DNA of 23,039 nucleotides from Candidatus Cloacimonadota bacterium (GTDB lineage: Bacteria; Cloacimonadota; Cloacimonadia; Cloacimonadales; WRIO01): NCBI GenBank assembly GCA_029564175.1, contig JAKQQL010000314.1, positions 1 through 23,039 on the forward strand. The letters are read 5' to 3'. The first letter of the stretch is position 1. Each line of letters starts with the position of its first letter. Below, piece after piece: positions 16,520 to 23,039 of this stretch. The notes under the pieces were generated by a model. It had not been told where the DNA came from. It ran no database searches and saw only the letters and a list, made by a program, of their open reading frames with translations. A program made the position numbers and the translations under genes.

Positions 16520-18868
16520 ATGAAAAGATTATTTATGTTTTTTGGATTTCTATGGATTGTTTATAACTTAATTTCACAAATCGCTGTTGTCCCTGCTTTG
16601 GGTGATGGTTCAGAAGCCAATCCTTATCAAATTGCTTCTTGGCAAAACCTGTATTGGATTAGTCAAAACTCATCCTCATGGGATAAACACTTTATCCAGA
16701 CTGAAGATATTGATTTTACTGATGCTACACCAGCAATCAGTTCATGGGATGGGGGACAAGGATGGCTACCAATAGGTTATTATATAGACAATGACTATTC
16801 CGTACAATTCACAGGAAAATATGATGCTGAAGGACATACGATTAATGCTTTGTATATCAACAGAACTAATTCATATTATTATCAAGGCTTATTCGGTATT
16901 GTTGGCACAAATGCTGAGATTCAAAATCTTGGACTTAGAAATGTGAATATATCTGGAAGAGCATTAACTGGCAGTCTTGCAGGATGTAATAAAGGCGGAA
17001 TAATATTCAGTTGTTTTAGTAAAGGTTCTGTTTCAGGGACAGAACATTTAGTAGGCGGTTTAATTGGTTATAATGAATCTGGCACTATTAGCAATTGCTA
17101 CAATTCTGCAAATGTGAATGGAACAGGTTATCAAAATACAGGCGGACTAGTAGGATGTAATTATGATGAGGGTCTAATTGTCAACTGCTACAATACCGGC
17201 AATGTAAATGGGACTAACTATAATACAGGCGGTTTAGTAGGAGATAATTGGGGAACTATTCAAAATGCTTATTATAACTATGAAACTGTTCTGATTAATA
17301 ATACCCATGTTATTACAACTGGTGCATTAAACAATGAAATGTATCAAGACTGGTTTCCAACTAAGTCATTGAATATTAATCATTATTTAAGTTCTAATGG
17401 TTCAAACTATCTGATTAACAATCTAGAGGATTTTAAATGTCTGCTTGCCTTTGGCCAGTCTTCAGAATATAGTTATGAATTAATGAATCCTCTTGATCTA
17501 AGCGCTGACAATAATTTTTATATTCCTTACTTTTCAGGGATATTTAATGGTAATGGATTTACAGTATCTAATCTCCTATTAGACCTGCCAAGTAAGAGCA
17601 GCAGTGCACTATTTGGATATATAAAAAACGCTTCTATTCAAAATCTGGGACTTGTAAATGTAAATGTGAATGGATACAGAAATGGTGGCGCATTGGCAGG
17701 AATAATAAATTCAGGAAATATTTCAAACTGTTACAGTAATGGAATTGTAAATGGGATTTATTCAACCGGAGGTTTGGTTGGCAATAATCAGAATGGGACA
17801 ATTTCAGATTGTTACAGTGTTGTAAATATAACTGGGGAATATTATACAGGAGGACTTCTGGGATATAATATAAATGGTTCAATTACTAACTGTTACAGCA
17901 ATGGTATTTTAAACGGGTTAGATTATAATGGAGGGCTTGTTGGATATAATTATAATAGCACCATTTCTGACAGCTATAGTACGCTTAGTGTGAATGGGAA
18001 TTTACTAAATGCTGGACTCGTTGCATATAATTATTCAGGTTTGATTTCATACTGTTATAGCAGTGGGGATGTAAACGGAGAAGACTTTTCCGGAGGTCTG
18101 GTAGGAGAAAATCGAACAGGGGGAACAATTAGCAAATGTTACAGTACAGGAAACTGTACGGCAATTTACAGATCAGGAGGATTGGTTTGTGAAAACTCAG
18201 GTTCAATAAGTCACTGTTACAACAGAGGAAATGTAAGCGGAGGGTCTGATACAGGAGGATTATTGGGAGGAAATTCAGGGACAGTATCAAACTGCTACAA
18301 CACAGGTACAGTGAGTGGATCAGCTTATTACATCGGAGGATTGATAGGAAGAAGTTTCTCTGGTAATACGGCCAATTGCTATTGGGATATTGAAACTTCA
18401 GGTCAGCCAAATTCTGATGGAGGAATTGGTAAAACAACTGCTGAAATGAAAACTATGTACACTTATGTTTCAGGCTGGTCTTTTCCTGTTATCTGGAATA
18501 TCAACCCTGAAATAAATGACGGCTACCCCTATCTGAATTACCCAAACTCTGTTCCTGCAGATGATATTGTGATGGTTTCTAGTAATAATGTAAAAATAGT
18601 TTTACATTCAGCTTACCCCAATCCATTCAACCCCTCAACAACGATCTCTTTTGACTTAGCAAGCACTTCTGATGTAAAGATTGACATCTACAATATCAAA
18701 GGTCAGTTAGTTAGACATCTGGTGAATAAGATGTATGATAAAGGATTCTATTCTGTTGTCTGGGATGGTAGCGATACTAATGGTCATAGTTGTGGCACAG
18801 GTGTATATTTCTACAAGATGACAGCAGGTCATACTCAGCAGATAAAGAAAATGATGATGATGAAGTAA
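16520..18868 (+). CDS. Secreted GLUG-repeat protein with C-terminal FlgD-Ig/T9SS-A-like domain
   Basis: Signal peptide; GDGSEANPYQI; many GGLVGxN..G.I.NCY..G.V.G repeats; C-terminal AYPNPFNPSTTISF...GTGVYFYKM...KKMMMMK. Confidence 0.88.
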   Translation: MKRLFMFFGFLWIVYNLISQIAVVPALGDGSEANPYQIASWQNLYWISQNSSSWDKHFIQTEDIDFTDATPAISSWDGGQGWLPIGYYIDNDYSVQFTGKYDAEGHTINALYINRTNSYYYQGLFGIVGTNAEIQNLGLRNVNISGRALTGSLAGCNKGGIIFSCFSKGSVSGTEHLVGGLIGYNESGTISNCYNSANVNGTGYQNTGGLVGCNYDEGLIVNCYNTGNVNGTNYNTGGLVGDNWGTIQNAYYNYETVLINNTHVITTGALNNEMYQDWFPTKSLNINHYLSSNGSNYLINNLEDFKCLLAFGQSSEYSYELMNPLDLSADNNFYIPYFSGIFNGNGFTVSNLLLDLPSKSSSALFGYIKNASIQNLGLVNVNVNGYRNGGALAGIINSGNISNCYSNGIVNGIYSTGGLVGNNQNGTISDCYSVVNITGEYYTGGLLGYNINGSITNCYSNGILNGLDYNGGLVGYNYNSTISDSYSTLSVNGNLLNAGLVAYNYSGLISYCYSSGDVNGEDFSGGLVGENRTGGTISKCYSTGNCTAIYRSGGLVCENSGSISHCYNRGNVSGGSDTGGLLGGNSGTVSNCYNTGTVSGSAYYIGGLIGRSFSGNTANCYWDIETSGQPNSDGGIGKTTAEMKTMYTYVSGWSFPVIWNINPEINDGYPYLNYPNSVPADDIVMVSSNNVKIVLHSAYPNPFNPSTTISFDLASTSDVKIDIYNIKGQLVRHLVNKMYDKGFYSVVWDGSDTNGHSCGTGVYFYKMTAGHTQQIKKMMMMK

Positions 18869-18938
18869 TGAAAAAAACTTTTTAGTTATTTAAATGATAC
18901 TCATAGTTTTAAGTAGCTGGTAACATTTTAAAACCAAA

Positions 18939-19400
18939 CTATAAAGATACAACGGCATAATAATACTGTTCATCTTCAGTAAAAGAGGCATTACATTTCT
19001 CCCATACTCTTTTAGAAGCTGGATTATCTTTTCTGATTTTGGAAGTTAACTCTTTTATTTGATATGCTTTTGCGTAATCTATCAGCAGAAGCAAGCGTTG
19101 TGTTGAGTACCCCATATTCCAGTATTGACTGGCAATCCAGACACCTGAACTGGCAACAGCATTAGATTCAGGTAAAATTGTAAGGGTTGTCATTCCAATA
19201 ACAGTCGAATCCACAATAATAGCAAACATATAGGCATTTCTATTTTTTATCCACTCTTGATTTGTTTTGAGAAAGATTTCTTTTGTTATCAATTCTGTTT
19301 TTTGATTACCTGGATACATAAACTGTTGCAATTGTTTATCATAGTTCAAAAAATAAATAAGAGAATCTGCATGAGACTCTTTGATTGGTTCTAAAATCAT
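18939..19400 (-). CDS. GNAT N-acetyltransferase, RimJ/RimL-like
   Basis: YMFAIIVDSTVIG, WIASQYWNMGYST (motif A), DNPASKRVWEK. ATG 19400 (GGAGG 13 nt upstream) is preferred over GTG 19433, but the start is uncertain. Confidence 0.8.
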   Translation of the reverse strand: MILEPIKESHADSLIYFLNYDKQLQQFMYPGNQKTELITKEIFLKTNQEWIKNRNAYMFAIIVDSTVIGMTTLTILPESNAVASSGVWIASQYWNMGYSTQRLLLLIDYAKAYQIKELTSKIRKDNPASKRVWEKCNASFTEDEQYYYAVVSL

Positions 19401-19749
19401 ACGATCGAAATATCCTCCATTTTTATTAATCACCCTTCATTTGGTCCATATGAAATTTTTGAAAAAATCTGTCAATCAATTTTGTATTGATTCGCAAGAT
19501 AAAATCACCTATCATATAGTCAAAATAACTGCTATTGTTAGAAATTTTTAAATAGGGTTATGATAAGGATGGAATAGAGAAAAGTATAAAAAATATGATA
19601 ACTTATTCAAGGAATTCTATGGAAAATGAAGATCCTGAAAAAAAATAAAAAAAAGTTAAAAAAGTTGTTGACTTCTACCTTCATTTTGTGTTAAAAAGAT
19701 ATGCTGTTTAAAAAGACAGTCAATAATCAAGTATAATCGGAGGTAATAA

Positions 19750-20955
19750 ATGAGTGAACTGTTCAAACAAATTGCTGAAAAAGCAAGCGCTTATGAAATG
19801 GACTGTGCCAACATACTGGTTGACCTCGTAAAAACACCCTCATATTCCTGCAAAGAAAAAGAAGTGATTCAGGTCATCAAAGAAAAGATGCTGGAAAACG
19901 GATTTGATGAAGTTCAGATAGACGGATTAGGCAATGTGCTCGGCAGAATCGGTAACGGAAAACGCATTATCGCCTTTGATGCGCATATTGACACAGTTTA
20001 TCCGGGCGAATTATCGCTCTGGGATTATGATCCTTACGATTCAAAAGTCGTCAACAACAAAGTCAGAGGCAGAGGCTCTGTTGACCAAAAAGGCGGAATG
20101 GCTTCCATGATTACCGCTGGTAAGATTATCAAAGAAATGGGTTTAAATCAGGATTTTACGATCTACTTTACCGGGACGGTGAACGAAGAAGATTGTGACG
20201 GGCAGTGCTGGCAGTATATTATCAATGAAAGTCAGTTAAAACCGGAACTCGTGGTCATTACCGAACCTACTAATCTCAACATCTACCGTGGTCACAGAGG
20301 CAGAATGGAAATGACTGTCAGTATCAAAGGCGTTTCCTGTCATGGTTCTGCCCCTGAAAGAGGTGATAATGCAGTCTATAAAATGGCAAGAATCGCACTT
20401 GAACTGGAAAAACTGAATGAAGAACTCCATTATGACCCATTCCTCGGTAAAGGAACACTGGTCGTTAGTGAATTAAAGTCTTCAGGACCGTCTCAGTGTG
20501 CTGTACCTGATTATGCTTCCCTCTATATTGACAGACGACTGACAAAAGGCGAAGATAAAGAACTTGCTGTCAGACAGGTCAAAGAAGCAGCCAAAAGAGC
20601 CGGTTATGAAGATGCTGAAGTGTTAATTCCCCAATACAATGAGCCCGCTTATACCGGACTAAGCTATCCGGTTGAGAAATACTACCCTACCTGGGTACTT
20701 GATCCTGAATCCCCTTACTTAATTGATGCTGTGGATAGTTTTAAACAGCTTTTTGATAAAGAACCCCTGGTCGATAAATGGACATTCAGCACCAATGGTG
20801 TCAGTATCATGGGAAGATATGGAATCCCATGTATCGGCTTTGGACCGGGCAATGAAGTCTATGCCCATGCCCCCAATGAAGAATGCCCAACCGAACACCT
20901 TTCAACTGCTGCTGCCTTCTATGCCGGGCTGGTTGCCAAATTGAACGGTAAGTAA
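19750..20955 (+). CDS. ygeY: YgeY-family M20 metallo-hydrolase
   Basis: FDAHIDTV, GRGSVDQKGG, EEDCDG, ITEPTNLNIYRGHRGRME, SCHGSAPERGDNA, KWTFSTNGVSIMG, GPGNEVYAHAPNE; SD GGAGG. Confidence 0.88.
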   Translation: MSELFKQIAEKASAYEMDCANILVDLVKTPSYSCKEKEVIQVIKEKMLENGFDEVQIDGLGNVLGRIGNGKRIIAFDAHIDTVYPGELSLWDYDPYDSKVVNNKVRGRGSVDQKGGMASMITAGKIIKEMGLNQDFTIYFTGTVNEEDCDGQCWQYIINESQLKPELVVITEPTNLNIYRGHRGRMEMTVSIKGVSCHGSAPERGDNAVYKMARIALELEKLNEELHYDPFLGKGTLVVSELKSSGPSQCAVPDYASLYIDRRLTKGEDKELAVRQVKEAAKRAGYEDAEVLIPQYNEPAYTGLSYPVEKYYPTWVLDPESPYLIDAVDSFKQLFDKEPLVDKWTFSTNGVSIMGRYGIPCIGFGPGNEVYAHAPNEECPTEHLSTAAAFYAGLVAKLNGK

Positions 20956-20956
20956 G

Positions 20957-22132
20957 ATGACCCATTTTCATTACCAATGTCATACCTGCGGAAAAATCTG
21001 GCAGAGAGATGAAGTTCGTTACCTCTGTCCGTATTGTTCACCAGATGCTTTACCGGAAATGCCACTCAAAGGCGTGCTGAGTGCGGTCTTTAATTATGAT
21101 GCCATCCGGCAGGAATGGATGAGCGGAAACCATGATATTCAGCTCTTTTCTGCTGTTGAACCGAAATATTTCCCTGATTTTCAGGTAGCAGGCACTCCGT
21201 TTACCCGCCTTAAAAACCTCGGTGATCGTTTAGGACTCCCCAATCTCTTTGCCAAGAATGACGGCTTGTGCCTGAGCGGATCTCTAAAAGACAGAGCATC
21301 GTTTCTGATGGTGGCTGAAGCCAACCGACTGGGAATTGATACATTGATTACTGCTTCCACCGGTAATGCCGCCTGTGCCTTGTCTGCGATTTGTGCAGGA
21401 AGTAACAAAAAAGCCGTGATATTTGTGCCAAAAACAGCCCCTAAAGCGAAGCTTACCCAGCTCAGGCTATATGGAGCCGATTTAAAGATAGTAGAGGGGA
21501 ATTATGATGAAGCCTGCCGACAATCCTTATTATACAGTCAAACACATGAAGGACTAAACAGGAATACCGCTTTCCACCCCCTGACAATAGAAGGTAAAAA
21601 GACAGTAGCTCTGGAAATCTTTATGCAAAATCAGGAGAAAGCACCGGATTTCATCGTGGTATCAGCCGGTGATGGCGTGATACTTTCGAGTGTATTTAAA
21701 GGCTTTAATGATTTGTATTTAGCAGGTCTTATCGAGAATATTCCTCACATTATTTGCGTTCAATCTGAAAAATCTGATGCCATTCATCACTTATTCCAAA
21801 CCGGTACTTACCGACCTGCGGAACATCCCGATACTGTGGCTGATTCCATTTCTGTCATCAATCCGGCTAATGCTTATATGGCAGTCGATTATATTCATAA
21901 ATCCAAAGGCAAGTCTGTTCTGGTGAATGATACAGAAATCATGTCTGCTCAGAAAATACTGGCTGAAAACAGCGGTATCTATGCCGAACCGGCAGCTGCT
22001 ACCGCTATGGCAGGTCTGATCAAACTCAATTCGCAGAAATACTTTGATCCTGAAAAACAAATCGTTCTGCTGATTACCGGTAATGGTCTGAAAGACATTG
22101 ATGCCAGTATCCGCTATATGGAAAGCCTGTGA
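20957..22132 (+). CDS. Threonine-synthase-like PLP-dependent (fold type II) enzyme with N-terminal Zn-ribbon
   Basis: CHTC...CPYC; SGSLKDRAS (PLP lysine); ASTGNAA; EGKKT; SAGDG; EPAAA; ITGNGLKD. Confidence 0.85.
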   Translation: MTHFHYQCHTCGKIWQRDEVRYLCPYCSPDALPEMPLKGVLSAVFNYDAIRQEWMSGNHDIQLFSAVEPKYFPDFQVAGTPFTRLKNLGDRLGLPNLFAKNDGLCLSGSLKDRASFLMVAEANRLGIDTLITASTGNAACALSAICAGSNKKAVIFVPKTAPKAKLTQLRLYGADLKIVEGNYDEACRQSLLYSQTHEGLNRNTAFHPLTIEGKKTVALEIFMQNQEKAPDFIVVSAGDGVILSSVFKGFNDLYLAGLIENIPHIICVQSEKSDAIHHLFQTGTYRPAEHPDTVADSISVINPANAYMAVDYIHKSKGKSVLVNDTEIMSAQKILAENSGIYAEPAAATAMAGLIKLNSQKYFDPEKQIVLLITGNGLKDIDASIRYMESL

Positions 22133-22133
22133 G

Positions 22134-23039
22134 ATGAAAACACTGATAAAGAATGTGCGGATTGTAGGACAAGCTGACAGCAATACACATCGTACTGCGA
22201 GCATCCTGCTTGCAGAAAAAGACAACATTCAAGCTACCAGCTTGTTAGTAAACGACCAGGAGGGGAATTGCACAGTTACCGATATTCTCTGCGAAGAGGG
22301 TAAAATCACCCGGATTGAGCCTTCTATCCCTGTTACAGCAGATATGGAGGTGGTGGATGCAGAAGGCGCTTTTGCCATTCCCGGATTGATTGATATTCAT
22401 ACCCATCTGGATGATCAGATTGGCAGTTTTTACCTGGCTGATACCTACCGTACCGGCAGTATGGTTGCTATTCTGAATGGGGTTACCACGCTGTTTTCAT
22501 TTATCACTGAAAGTAAAGAGTTTCCTCTGTCTCAGGCGATTGAAAATGCCAGACAAAAGGCACAGGGAAATTGCCTGTGTGATTATCACTGGCATATTAC
22601 ACCAATTAACTATTCAGAAGAAGCATTTGAGACGTTTGATTCTATTGTTAATCAAGGTTTTAGATCATTTAAAGTATATACAACCTATAAAAATGCAGGA
22701 ATCTATTTGAATTATAATCAGATAGACTATCTGGCCGCATATCTCAAAAGCAATAATTGCAAGTTACTCGTACATTGTGAAGACGAAGAAGTCCTGATGA
22801 AAAATGCGGGGAACTACAAGTATTTGAATCAGGCGAAAAGTCATGCCCTGGTCAGACCAGAGATTGCCGAGATAAAGGCGGTTCAGAAGATTCTGGATAT
22901 ATGCTTAACTCATCAGCTACCTGTACATATCGTACATGTTTCCTCTGCAGAAAGTGTGGAGTTGATCAAACAGTGTCAGAAAGCCCTGCCGGTAAGCTTT
23001 GAGACCTGTCCGCAGTATCTCTTCCTCAATGATGAGTAT
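22134..23039 (+). CDS. Dihydropyrimidinase/D-hydantoinase (HyuA/HydA-like cyclic amidohydrolase); runs off the right edge
   Basis: My translation from ATG 22134, open to the edge (302 codons): MKTLIKNVRIV...IPGLIDIHTHL...NGVTT...FRSFKVYTTYK...LVHCED...HALVRPEIAE...HIVHVSS...ETCPQYL. HxH, the carboxylated-Lys motif and both later His ligands are present. Not in the ORF track. Confidence 0.88.
   Translation, partial: MKTLIKNVRIVGQADSNTHRTASILLAEKDNIQATSLLVNDQEGNCTVTDILCEEGKITRIEPSIPVTADMEVVDAEGAFAIPGLIDIHTHLDDQIGSFYLADTYRTGSMVAILNGVTTLFSFITESKEFPLSQAIENARQKAQGNCLCDYHWHITPINYSEEAFETFDSIVNQGFRSFKVYTTYKNAGIYLNYNQIDYLAAYLKSNNCKLLVHCEDEEVLMKNAGNYKYLNQAKSHALVRPEIAEIKAVQKILDICLTHQLPVHIVHVSSAESVELIKQCQKALPVSFETCPQYLFLNDEY

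Noticed and set aside
16900..18400. GLUG repeats as a CRISPR array or DGR-type repeat
   Set aside because: The repeats are degenerate, in-frame and protein-level, with no identical DNA repeats and no cas or reverse transcriptase gene nearby.
19434..19749. Purine riboswitch or other structured leader upstream of ygeY
   Set aside because: Only a TTCTACC fragment resembles the aptamer core, and it sits in a probable promoter spacer after TTGACT (19668). I found no P1-P3 stems or terminator. An Rfam/Infernal scan would settle it.
22130..22177. Selenocysteine readthrough of the TGA ending the ThrC-like gene (YgeY families are selenium-linked)
   Set aside because: The protein is already complete, the next gene starts 1 nt later, the readthrough frame closes after 14 codons, and no SECIS-like hairpin is evident.
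3369..22228. Short antisense or off-frame ORFs in the track (3369, 7806, 8765, 9394, 12029, 12488, 12583, 12915, 13317, 14803, 15803, 16587, 17634, 18129, 20236, 20723, 21181, 21791)
   Set aside because: All overlap well-supported longer genes and show no recognisable motifs.
22477..22710. 77-aa plus-strand ORF from the track
   Set aside because: Off-frame inside the dihydropyrimidinase gene that starts at 22134.

Overview
AT-rich bacterial window, probably Cloacimonadota or a related FCB-group lineage. This is inferred only from two secreted proteins ending in a 'YPNPFNPST...GxYFYKM...KMxxMK' FlgD-Ig/T9SS-A-like tail. Contents, left to right: (1) a minus-strand operon REC / Hpt-REC-REC / membrane HEAT-repeat protein / PgaC-like GT2 (truncated at the left edge and missed by the ORF track), divergent from two hybrid histidine kinases, the first with a NarX/PilJ-type P-box sensor; (2) a stand-alone flhF-flhG pair plus a small 2-TM gene (FlgV-like position), with no other flagellar genes in the window; (3) an orphan family-3 solute-binding protein; (4) a 1115-aa Asp-box/FN3 secreted protein; (5) an ECF sigma / zf-HC2 anti-sigma / two Spy-CpxP-ZraP-like genes operon, with two copies of a likely cognate promoter and a CU-rich 3' UTR; (6) a GLUG-repeat secreted protein; (7) a GNAT; (8) the start of a ygeY / threonine-synthase-like / dihydropyrimidinase operon (truncated at the right edge). 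I saw no rRNA, tRNA, CRISPR array or transposase. All calls come from motif recognition by eye; no searches were run.
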